Assembly (NCBI RefSeq): GCF_022045235.1
Contig: NW_027266297.1
Coordinates: 20,646,001-20,710,000 of the forward strand
Reading direction: 5' to 3'
DNA: 64,000 nt
Origin: Haliotis cracherodii
Taxonomy: Eukaryota
In this document: positions 37,935 to 49,650 of the stretch, in pieces
Numbering within the stretch: the first letter of the stretch is position 1
Layout of the letters: each line of letters starts with the position of its first letter
Position numbers and translations under genes: made by a program
The notes under the pieces: model-generated
The model's database searches: none
The model's input: only the letters and a program-made list of their open reading frames with translations
What the model was told of the DNA's origin: nothing

Positions 37935-39304
37935 GTTGTCCTCAAGTGTATGAGATGACCAGTGACCAGTAGCCTGGCCTTATATACACCATGGACATCA
38001 CGACACACGCACCTGTCCTCATTAATTTGTCCGAGAACAATACATAATATCATAACCCCAGGACATAATCTCATACGCCACACTCCGTTCTTGTACTACA
38101 AAGCACAAAGATACTAGATACATAAGACACGTGCTGATTACATAAGTTTCTCATCATTTGTACGTGCTGGTGGAAAATATATATGTAATCATTACTTGTT
38201 ATCTCTAAACATCAGCAACGTAGTGTAAACACTGTCAGCGGGTGTGCCTTGTTTTCAAAAATATGTTTCTAGCCTATCTCAGATCCCGGGTTACACGGGT
38301 GGCCCAGTCGCACCGTACTTCGTTGTGCAGAGCTTCGTAACAGAATCACACCAAAAAACTAAAATAGGGTTCGAATCTCAGATACGTTTTGATATGTTAC
38401 TCGGTTTGTCGGCACCATACCCGTGCTCGTCGATTTCACCAAAGTAGTAAACGTCTGGGACCTTCACTTCAGGATTTCCTCCCACATCAAGCTGACACGA
38501 TGTAACATAACAGAAGATGTTGAAATTGACGAACATCCCAAGTCACTCTATCTTTAGTCACTTAGCTATATAAAAACCTGTATAAAGGGGTTAACCATTG
38601 GTACTACTATAGGACAATAAACGACGGTTGTTAATAACCTTGAATATAGGCCAGTGTACGAGAATATGATGAAATTTAAACAAAGGATGTATGACTGTCT
38701 TTCTCAAAACTGGCATCTCTTCATGGAGCTCTCATCTAAATGCAAATATTACTCACAGTACAAATATCTCCTTTATATGGAAAAAAACTTATTATCATGT
38801 GAAATATCTGCTTATCATAAAAGATCAATATGTATGTTCAGGTGTAACAACTTTAAACTTGCATTTGAAACTGGAAGACATTCTAAAATCCCATATGAAG
38901 AACGTGTGTGCGTGTATTGCCACTCCAAAGGTTTAACTCTAATTGAGGATGAGTATCATGTATTGTCAATCTGTGACAGATACCGAGCTGCAAGAAGAGA
39001 ATGCTTTGCTGAAAGTGAAATCAACTTTACCACATTTCAACAGTTTTTAAACCTTATGTCAACAAACTCCACAAGAACTTTAAAACACATTGGACTATTC
39101 TTACCCAAAGATATGAATATACGTATCTCATCACTGTTCTAACGTATTCTAAAACTATTTGTCTTAACATAACGCCATAGTATATAAGCATGTATGATCT
39201 ACATTATGTCAACATGTATTATGGGCTGGAGGCCTGATTACTGAATAAATCTGTCTGTCTGTCTGTCTGTCTGTACGAGAATAGTCTATCATCACGAACG
39301 TTAG

Positions 39305-42130
39305 GGGCAAAACGAGGATGGTCTATAAGCTTGAAAATTGGACAATACACCTGGATGGTATATAAGCTTGAAGATTTGTCGATAAACGAGGGTAGTGTGT
39401 AAGATTGAAGATTGGACAATACACGTGGATGGTCTATAAGCTTGAAGACTGGACAATAAACGTGGAGGGTCTATAAGCTTGAAGGCTACACAATAAACGA
39501 GGATGGTCTATAAGCTTGAAGATTGGACAAAAAACGTGGATGGTTTATAAGCTTGAAGACTACACAATAAACGAGGATGGTCTATAAGCTTGAAGACTGG
39601 ACAATAAACGAGGATGGTCTATAAGCTTGAAGGCTACACAATAAACGAAGATGGTTTATAAGCTTGAAGATTGGACAGTAAACGAGGATGGTCTATAAGA
39701 TTGAAGACTACACAATAAACGAGGATGGTCTATAAGCTTGAATGCTACACAATAAACGAGGATGGTCTATAAGGATGAAGATTGGACAATAAACGAGGAT
39801 GGTCTATAAGCATGAAGATTGGGCAATAAACGAGGATGGTCTATAAGCATGAAGATTGGACAATAAACGAGGATGGTCTATAAGCATGAAGATTGGACAA
39901 TAAACCTGGATGGTCTATAAGCTTGAAGGCTACACAATAAACGAGGATGGTCTATAAGCTTGAAGATTGGACAATAAACGAGGATTGTCTATAAGCATGA
40001 AGATTGAACAATAAATGAGGATCGTCTATAAGATTGAAGACTACACAATAAACGAGGATGGTCTATAAGCTTGAAGGCTACACAATAAACGAGGATGGTC
40101 TATAAGCTTGAAGACTACACAATAAACGAGGATGGTCTATAAGCTTGAAGATTGGACAAAAAACGAGGATCGTCTATAAGATTGAAGACTACACAATAAA
40201 CGAGGATGGTCTATAAACAAGAAGATTGGACAATAAACGAGAATGGTCTATAAGCTTGAAGATTGGGCAATCAACGAGGATGGCCTATAAGCTTGAAGAC
40301 TACACGATCAACGAGGATGGTCAATAAGCATGAAGACTGGACAATAAACGAGGATGGTCTATAAGCATGAAGATTGGACAATAAACGAGGATGGCCTATA
40401 AGCTTGAAGACTACACAATAAACGAGGATGGTCTATAAGCGTGAAGGCTTCACAATAAACGAGGATGGTCTATAACCATGAAGATTGGACAATAAACGAG
40501 GATGGTCTATAAGCTTGAAGACTACACAATAAACGAGGATGGTCTATAAACAAGAAGATTGGACAATAAACGAGGATGGTCTATAAGCATGAAGATTGGA
40601 CAATAAACGAGGATGGTCTATAAGCATGAAGATAGGACAATAAACGAGGATGGTCTATAAGTATGAAGACTACACAATAAAACGAGGATGGTCTATAAGA
40701 TTGAAGACTGCACAATAAACGAGGGTGGTCTATAAGCTTGAAGATTGGACAATAAACGAAGATGGTCTATAAGCATGGAGATTGGAAATAAACGAGGACG
40801 GTCTATAAGGATGAAAATTGGAAATAAACGAGGATGGTCTATAGGCTTGAAGACTACACAATAAACGAGGATGGTCTATAAGCTTGAAGATTGGACAATA
40901 AACGAGGACGGTCTATAAGCCTGAAGATAGGACAATAAACGAGGACGGTCTATAAGCATGAAGATAGGACAATAAACGAGGATGGTCTATAAGTATGAAG
41001 ACTACACAATAAAACGAGGATGGTCTATAAGATTGAAGACTGCACAATAAACGAGGGTGGTCTATAAGCTTGAAGATTGGACAATAAACGAAGATGGTCT
41101 ATAAGCATGGAGATTGGAAATAAACGAGGATGGTCTATAAGGATGAAAATTGGAAATAAACGAGGATGGTCTATAGGCTTGAAGACTACACAATAAACGA
41201 GGATGGTCTATAAGCTTGAAGATTGGACAATAAACGAGGACGGTCTATAAGCCTGAAGATAGGACAATAAACGAAGATGGTATATAAGTATGAAGACTAC
41301 ACAATAAACGAGGATTGTTTATAAGCTTGAAGATTGGACAATAAACGAGGATGGTCTATAAGCTTGAAGACTACACAATAAACGAGGGTTGTCTATAAGC
41401 TTGAAGATTTGACAATAAACGAGGATGGTCTATAAGCTTGAAGGCTACACAATACACGAGGATGGTCTATAAGCTTGAAGATTGAACAATAAACGAGGAT
41501 TGTCTATAAGCAAGAAGATTGGACAATAAACGAGGATGGTCTATAAGCTTGAAGATTGGACAGTAAACGAGGATGGTCTATAGGCTTGAAGATTGGACAA
41601 TAAACGTGGATGACCTTTAAGCTTGAAGATTGGACAATAAACGAGGATGGTTTATAAGACCACACAATAAACGAGGGTTGTCTATAAGCTTGAAGGCTAC
41701 ACAATACACGAGGATGGTATATAAGCTTGAAGATTGAACAATAAACGAGGATTGTCTATAAGCATGAAGATTGGACAATAAACGAGGATGGTCTATAAGC
41801 TTGGAGATTGGACAATAAACGAGGATGGTCTATAGGCTTGAAGATTGGACAATAAACGTGGATGACCTTTAAGCTTGAAGATTGGACAATAAACGAGGAT
41901 GGTCTATAAGCATGAATATTGGACAATAAACGAGGATGGTCTATAACCATGAAGATTGGACAATAAACGAGGATGGTCTATAAGCATGAAGATTGGACAA
42001 TAAACGAGGATGGTCTATAAGCTTGAAGACTACACAATAAACCTGGATGGTCTATAAACTTGAAGATCGCACAATGAACGTGGATTGTCTATAAGCTTGA
42101 AGAGTGGACGATAAACGAGGATTGTCTAAA
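39305..42130. repeat. 37-bp minisatellite, about 76 units
   Basis: Same unit as 31522-32428. Confidence 0.95.
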
Positions 42131-44095
42131 AGCAACCCTGGTAAAGATACAGACACTAAAAATCTAAGATACAAATTAAACGCAACCAATATTATAAATT
42201 TTTCAAAAAGTCTACCAAAAAAATAAAAATAAGAATAAGTTAAATATTTTTTAAAGAAACAATTATTGAAAGACAACAAATTCTAAGAAAAAGATCCTTA
42301 ATAGATGAAAAAATCATTGAACTACAGTAGGTTAGGGTTATAAGGGACTCAAAGGGGCCACTCATTTCAGTACGTTATAACCGTAGTTTGTTATAAGCAC
42401 ATGCAGTAAATGTACAGGAAATGATCGGAACAAAAAAATAGGTTCGTTATATCCGTCAGTTCGTTATACACTTAGTTTACTGTATTCTGAAACTGAACTG
42501 AGGTGTAACGTGGCACAAATCGTATCACTGGCTATCCATTGGCAGGAGAAAGGAACTATATTTTTATCCTTAAACTAGTTGAGGTTAGTTTTGTTTAATT
42601 GGTTGTTTGTTTTCATTTTCATTTTTCTGTATATCCGATGATAAACTGGACACAATTAAGTCATACAAAACCATGCCACAAACATGTGAAATTAAATTAA
42701 GAGTCTAATGTCATGCATGAGGACCCATTGCTTCATATCAACCAGTGATTGGGAATTGACAAATTGGTTAGAACACCCTACCCTCATGTGTAAAATTAAT
42801 AAAACATAAGAGTGAGTGAGTGAGTGAGTGAGTATGGTTTTACGCCACTTTTAGCAATATTCCAGCAATATCACGACGGGGGACACCAGAAATGGGCTTC
42901 ACACATTGTAACCATATCGGGAATCGAACCCGGGTCTTCGGCGTGACGAGCGAACGCTTTAACCACTAGGTTACCCGATCGCCCTAATACATAAGAGAAC
43001 ATTTAACCATGACACCACATGTGTGAGTATGTGTGTGTCTCGGTTTGTGTGCGTGCGTGCTTGAGTATGTGTGCGTAAGTGTGAATGCGTGTGCGTATAT
43101 TGGAGCAAACAAACCGCGTTGTGTGAGTTGCTTCCACATGTCGTCTGGCCTTGATTAGTTTGAAAAAAGTAAAAGCTACGGACATCTCATGATTTGGTTC
43201 GTTATGATTTCGAAGTATTCAACCATGTAGTAAAAATAGCGATGGTAAGTATTCTATAGCATCGATAGATGTAAAGATAACTTGGGAACATGTGGTACAA
43301 GTCAAAAAAGGGAATAGCGTCGGACATCAGTTTTGTCACTGATGGTCCTATTTGGAAATGTCCTCCACATCAAACGTTTTTAAACCTCTACATGAGACCT
43401 TGATGGTTTTAACCTTGATCAAACAACAATAGTCGTAAAACCTAAAAACACGTTTCTTGTTTGACGAGACTCGTGACGCGCTATACTTTTGTTATAGAAG
43501 AGAAGTAATAATATTTCCCTCACTGAACATGCAATGCCTTTCCCTCGAAAGCTGGAGCCGAAGAATCTTTTCAATTGTTCAAAACACATTTTTTTGAGGC
43601 CATCAAGTATATCTGCGGACAATTTTTTTTTTTCAATTTTAAAGCAATTTCTGTATTAAGTAATCAATAAATAGATGCCCTTGTCTTTAATTGTATGCGA
43701 ACACACATGGAAGAGTCGACGAGGCAGTGAAGAAACCCTGTTTTGGTATTGCGTGTATTATGTTATTGTGTATAATGTTAATATAAAGCTCATGGAAACG
43801 ATCCTATTTAAAGTATTGTTATTATCAACTACACGTAGATCACATGTTAATTTACTTATGCGTGGAGTATATTTTGAGTGAGTGAGTGAGTGAGTGAGTG
43901 AACAGGGACATGGCGCTTACAAGCCGATGATCCCAATCAGGGCGAAGCTATGTTTTGAAGCCAACATTGTCGGATCATGCCATGCCGAAGGCTCACAAGT
44001 GCTGCGAATAGCTTCAGGCGATTGGGCCTCCCGTGTCCCCATACACCGGCTACATCAATATTACTAAGCAATAGTATATCTCCTGTTAAAATATC

Positions 44096-44260
44096 GGGGC
44101 GGTCGGGTAGCCTAGTGGTTAAAGCGTTCGCTCGTCACGCCGAAGACCCGGGTTCGATTCCCGACATGGGTACTGTGTGTGAAGCCAATTTCTGGTGTCC
44201 CCCGCCGTGATATTGCTGGGATATTGCTAAAAGCGGCGTAAAATAATATTCACTCACTCA
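44096..44260 (+). mobile_element. Young S1 SINE with 13-bp TSD (duplicate of 35300-35464)
   Basis: TSD CTGTTAAAATATC at 44083-44095 and 44261-44273. Confidence 0.95.
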
Positions 44261-44380
44261 CTGTTAAAATATCACGATGATAATATTTTTTTCATTTCAT
44301 GAAAAACAACTTGAATTTCAACTTGTATATACTTTAATCAATGAAAGCTACAGGGCATATTTTCTGTAATGTATTGACGA

Positions 44381-46730
44381 TCATTCATACGTGATTTGAA
44401 CGTTGACGTCAGTGATGTCGTTACCCGATTCAGCAGATACACGCAGGTACAGCGACGGGGACCCAGATGGAAGCTGATATCTCAACTCGCCTGTCGCCAT
44501 GGCTAGTGGGGCGGGTGATTCCAGGTTGTCGTACACGGCCATGTTGATGGAGTTGCCTTGTGTAGGTGACGTCACAACGACGTGGGTTGCTCCCGATTGA
44601 GGCGTCAACATAAACACGGGACGATGGGAGGAGGAGACGGTGAGACCAGTCAGGGTCTCGCTGTCAGATAACGTCTCCATGAAGGTCGGCTCCTGACACC
44701 CACTGAAAGTGATTCCTACCACCTGGAAGGATTTTTTTACCTCCAGATAGTCGTAGCCGAGGTCGTAGCAAGCACGCATGACGCCACAAGCGCCTTCCTC
44801 AAAGGTCGTTGATCGGCCCCAGTAGATGACGTTAGCTCTGAGGAAGCATTCGAACGCTTTTCTGATGGGCATTTTGTTGACCTCCACGAGCTGGTAGAAG
44901 GCGTGGTTGAAGATGCCGCTGCTGTAGTGAACGTCGACGTTGTTGTTGTAGTCTCTGGTGTGCTTGAGTGAACCCCCATCTCGAGAAGGATCTTGAAAGT
45001 AACGCAGGGCCCCATTGCTACTTTTAAAGATTTCAGCTCCAACGAACCAGTCGTTAGAGCCACGAGCAAACATCTCAGTTGTCTCCCCTGTTATGTCCGA
45101 GAAGGCTTCGTTGATACCACCAGACTGATCGTCGTAGATGAGGTTGGAGTTTTGTTCGGTGACACCATGGGCAAGTTCATGAGCAATAACGTCTTGGTTA
45201 ACCAGTGGGTAGAAAGTGCTTCGACCATCGCCGAAAGTCAGGCTGCTGCCGTCCCAGAAGGCGTTCTCGTAGTTCCTGCTGTAGTGAACAAAGAGGACTG
45301 GCTTGAAGTTGAGGGGAGTCATCGTGTACCATTCGATAAACATACGGGCTGATTTGGTGCCAAAGTTCATGGCGTCCAGGACGGGGGAGTAAGCACCGTT
45401 GATGGCGTCGTCATAACCGATGGCACATGTGTAGGAAGAGGCGGCGCGGTTGTTCCTATTTGTACCCTGGTTTAAGTCCACCACTTTGACGTAGGTGTTT
45501 TCCAGAGTGCATGTGGCGCCACTGACGGTGGTGTTGAGGCACAAAGGAGGAACGCCATACACGAACTTTCCAACTTTAAGATTTCCACCCTCCCCTTTAG
45601 CAGGATTGCCGCAGGTTGTTGGGCCTGCTGTTGTTGGTGCAGCTGTAGTTGGTCTTGGTGTTGTTGGTGCGGCTGTAGTTGGTCTTGCTGTTGTTGGTGC
45701 GGCTGTAGTTGGTCTTGGTGTTGTTGGTGCGGCTGTTACGGATTCTTGAGTTTGTGGGTCTCCGCCACAACTGTCAGTTGTAGTTTCTGGTTCAGGTGTG
45801 GTGTTCTCGCCAGGACACTCATCATCCCCAGGAGACTGTCTTCGGTGTCGTACAACAGCTTGACGTCTCTCTACTGCTTTGTTCTGGATGTTGTTGAAGG
45901 AAAGGACAGTGGTAAGGTCACAGGCGTCGATAAAGTAGCAAGGACGGCTGGGTCTGTTGCCCTTCATGTAAAAGAAGTTGATCTCATAGGTCAGACGAGC
46001 AACGCCGTCCTTCTTGACGTAGACGTTCTTCTTGACGTTGACTTTGGTGACTTGAGACGCTGGGACCCCCTCCTGTGTGAAAGCTACCCTCTTGACGGTG
46101 TCATGTGTCTGCTCACAATCCTCAGGGTTGGGAATGTCTTCCTCCAGTGATGTGAAAAGTTCACCACTGACGACGCCTGTGTAACCGAGGCTGGGGTTGA
46201 CGTCGGCGGCCACGCTCCCTCCCACTACTTCCAGACCACCATAGGTCTGCTGTAGACGTTGCTTGATCTTGCCTCGCACTGTCTTGAGGGATTCCCCGGG
46301 AACGATAGCGCTTATGCCACGAAGCCCCAGCTCTGCACGCAGTTCCTCACGAGTGGCATGGAAATGAGACCGAAGCTTCAAACGTCGAGTGACGCCAGCA
46401 ACGTTGAAGCGACGTGCGGCCTCAGTCGTGTACACTGTGAGGGACAGCAGTCCTGAAAAACGAAGAAAAGTAGAATATATCAGATATCTATTTGAAACCT
46501 CAAAGTGATATTATATGAAACCCGTTTTTCATTCCTTTCTAACTTTCACTTTGAATGCAATTTGATTGAAATAAATAACGTTGAAATTTATATCTAGTCC
46601 GCGAAATTGTACGATGAATGCGTTTATTCTGATAGAGAAAGTTCCCGTTCAAAAACCATTACTTGGAGCATATATGTGTCTTAATATAATGTTACAATTA
46701 CTTACCCAGCAGGATGATTTGACACTTCAT
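44381..46730 (-). CDS. Peptidase M4 preproprotein, copy 4; exons 46730-46706 and 46452-44381
   Basis: Same structure and catalytic motifs; intact frame. Confidence 0.95.
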
Positions 46731-48036
46731 GTTGTCCTCAAGTGTATGAGATGAACAGTGACCAGTAGCCTGGCCTTATATACACCCATGGACATCTCAA
46801 CACACGCACCTGTCCTCATATTAATTTGTCCGAGAACAATACATAATATCATAACCCCAGGATATAATCTCAAACGCCACACTCCGTTCTTGTGCTACAA
46901 AGCACAAAGATACTCGATACACAGGCATGCACGTGCGGATTACATAAGTTTCTCATCATTTGTACGTGCTGGTGGAAAATATATATGTAATTATTACTTG
47001 TTATCTCTAAACATCAGCAACGTAGTGTAAACACTGTCAGCGGGTGTGCCTTGTTTGCAAAACAATGTTTCTAGCCTATCTCAGATCCCGGGTTACACGG
47101 GTGGCCCAGTCGCACCGTACTGAGCTTAGTAACAGAGTCACACCAAAAAACTAAAATAGGGTTCGAATCTCAGATACGTTTTGATATGTTACTCGGTTTG
47201 TCGGCACTATACCCGTGTCTCGTCGATTTCACCAAAGTAGTAAACGTCTGGGACCTTCACTTCAGGATTTCCTCCCACATCAAGCTGACACGATGCAACA
47301 TAACAGAAGATGTTGAAATTGACGAACATCCCAAGTCACTCTATCTTTAGTCACTTAGCTATATAAAAACCTGTATAAAGGGGTTAACCATTGGTACTAC
47401 TATATGACAATGAGCGACAGTTGTTAATAACCTTGAATATAGGCCAGTGTACGAGAATATGATGAAATTTAAACAAAGGATGTATGACTGTCTTTCTCAA
47501 AACTGGCATCTCTTCATAGAGCTCTCATCTAAATGCAAATATTACTCACAGTACAAATCTCTCCTTAATGTAGAAAAATACTCATGTGAAATATCTGCTT
47601 ATTATAAAAGATTAATATTTATGTTCAGGTGTAACAACTTTAAACTTGCATTTGAAACTGGAAGACATTCTAAAATCCCATATGAAGAACGTGTGTGCGT
47701 GTATTGCCACTCCAAAGGTTTAACTCTAATTGAGGATGAGTATCATGTATTGTCAATCTGTGACAGATACCGAGCTGCAAGAAGAGAATGCTTTGCTGAA
47801 AGTGAAATCAACTTTACCACATTTCAACAGTTTTTAAACCTTATGTCAACAAACTCCACAAGAACTTTAAAACACATTGGACTATTCTTATCTAAAGATA
47901 TGAATATACGTATCTCATCACTGTTCTAACGTATTCTAAAACTATTTGTCTTAACATAACGCCATAGTATATAAGCATGTATGATCTACATTATGTCAAC
48001 ATGTATTATGGGCTGGAGGCCTGATTACTGAATAAA

Positions 48037-48069
<33 letters not shown>

Positions 48070-48102
48070 ACGAGAATAGTCTATCATCACGAACGTTAGG
48101 GG

Positions 48103-48825
48103 CAAAACGAGGATGGTCTATAAGCTTGAAAATTGGACAATACACCTGGATGGTATATAAGCTTGAAGATTTGTCGATAAACGAGGGTAGTGTGTAAGAT
48201 TGAAGATTGGACAATACACGTGGATGGTCTATAAGCTTGAAGGCTACACAATAAACGAGGATGGTCTATAAGCTTGAACATTGGACAAAAAACGTAGATG
48301 GTTTATAAGCTTGAAGGCTTTACAATAAACGTGGATGGTTTATAAGCTTGAAGACTACACAATAAACGAGGATGGTCTATAAGCTTGAAGACTGGACAAT
48401 AAACGTGGATGGTCTATGAGCTTGAAGGCTACACAATAAACGAGGATGGTTTATAACCTTGAAGGCTACACAATAAACGAGGATGGTCTACAAGCTTGAA
48501 GATTGGACAATAAACGAGGATGGTCTATAAGCATGAAGATTGGACAATAAACGTGGATGGTCTATAAGCTTGAAGACTTCACAATAAACCTGGATGGTCT
48601 ATAAGCATGAAGATTGGACAATAAACGAGGATGGTCTATAAGCTTGAAGACTTCACAATAAACATGGATGGTCTATAAGCATGAAGACTGGACAGTAAAC
48701 GAGTATGATCTATAAGCGTGAAGACTACACAATAAACCTGGATGGTCTATAAGCTTGAAGATCGGACAATAAACGTGGATTGTCTATAACCTTGAAGATT
48801 GGACAATAAACGAGGATTGTCTAAA
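48103..48825. repeat. 37-bp minisatellite, about 19-20 units
   Basis: Same unit as above. Confidence 0.95.
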
Positions 48826-49014
48826 AGCAACCCTGGTAAAGATACAGACACTAAAAATCTAAGATATAAATTAAACGCAACCAATATTTTAGAATTTACA
48901 AAAAGTCTACAAAAAATAAAATTATGAATAAGTTAAATATTTTTTAAAGAAACAATCATTAAATGACAACAAATACTAAGAAAAAGATCCTTAACAGATG
49001 ATGATTTGAAATAA

Positions 49015-49315
49015 GTATCCCTTGTGAAAAATCAATGCAGTCAAGCAAGACATGCTTGACTGTGATTCTTTCATTGCAAGGGATGCAGAGCATCCTAAAA
49101 TTTCAACAATATTCATGGATATAAGGAGAATGGCCAATACGACATCGCGCTAAAATGACCTCTTCAAATCTGAACTGGCAACCCAAGTAGGTTTAACCAA
49201 TATTTGGTTATATTTCATGTAATATATTAATACCTACTAGGGTGTCCACACTTCTTTTGCATAAGATCTCTAAAGTGGGATCTAATTACTGGTTTATAAT
49301 CACTGTCTGGGATAA
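49015..49315 (-). mobile_element. 3' fragment of an I-group LINE
   Basis: Matches about 53655-53960 (AATCAAT.CAGTCAAG..GACATGCTTGAC, AATGACCTCTTCAAATCTG.ACTG, CCACTTCTTTTGCATAAGAT). Confidence 0.75.
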
Positions 49316-49316
49316 G

Positions 49317-49650
49317 GTGAGGTGAAATGGGGTTTAACGTCGCGTCCAAGATTATTGCACTTATAAAGCGACGTGCATGCACGTGTGTGTGTGGGTGTGG
49401 CTGCTTGTACTGGTCCGGACTTTGTCGATTTATAGTGCTAACTCACTGAGATACCATGCCGCAGTTTACCCCACTCAGACACAGTATACTGACTCCGAGC
49501 CGACCAGTCCTTGTTTTAGCCCCTTAATGCCGAGCGCCAGACAGGGTAACAACAAGTACCATCTTTTAACGGTTTTGCGGTATGACGCGTCCGGGGAACG
49601 AACCACCGACATTCCACCCTCTGGCCAGACGCTCTATCCACTCTTACACG
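49317..49650 (-). mobile_element. tRNA-derived SINE (family S3) with (CCTCA)n tail; also 62709-63063 and head fragment 53317-53380
   Basis: Shared TTTAACGTCGC.TCCAAGATTATTGCACTT...GCCGAGCGCCAGACAGGGTAACAACAAGTACC; tRNA-like head GGTCTAGTGGTAGAGCG...GGGTTCGATC on minus. Confidence 0.8.

Larger units (their letters stand above)
26280..49005. repeat. Head-to-tail segmental triplication carrying M4 copies 2-4; junctions near 32610 and 42315
   Basis: CATTGAACTACAGTAGG... block at about 26284, 32611, 42316; GATCCTTAA.AGATGA unit end at about 32590, 42293, 48987; same SINE, LINE fragment and minisatellite in each unit. Confidence 0.9.

Noticed and set aside
38654-39142. Partner or inhibitor gene divergent from each M4 copy
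   Set aside because: It is a LINE ORF2 C-terminal fragment with a (TCTG)n tail, frameshifted in one unit and absent at copy 1.
39305-42130. CRISPR array (37-bp repeats)
   Set aside because: Units are contiguous with no unique spacers and no cas genes; ordinary minisatellite.
18478-46730. Bacterial contamination or chimeric contig as the source of the M4 genes
   Set aside because: Each copy has a spliceosomal intron, TATA box and poly(A) signal and is co-duplicated with host SINE, LINE and minisatellite DNA; no operon context.
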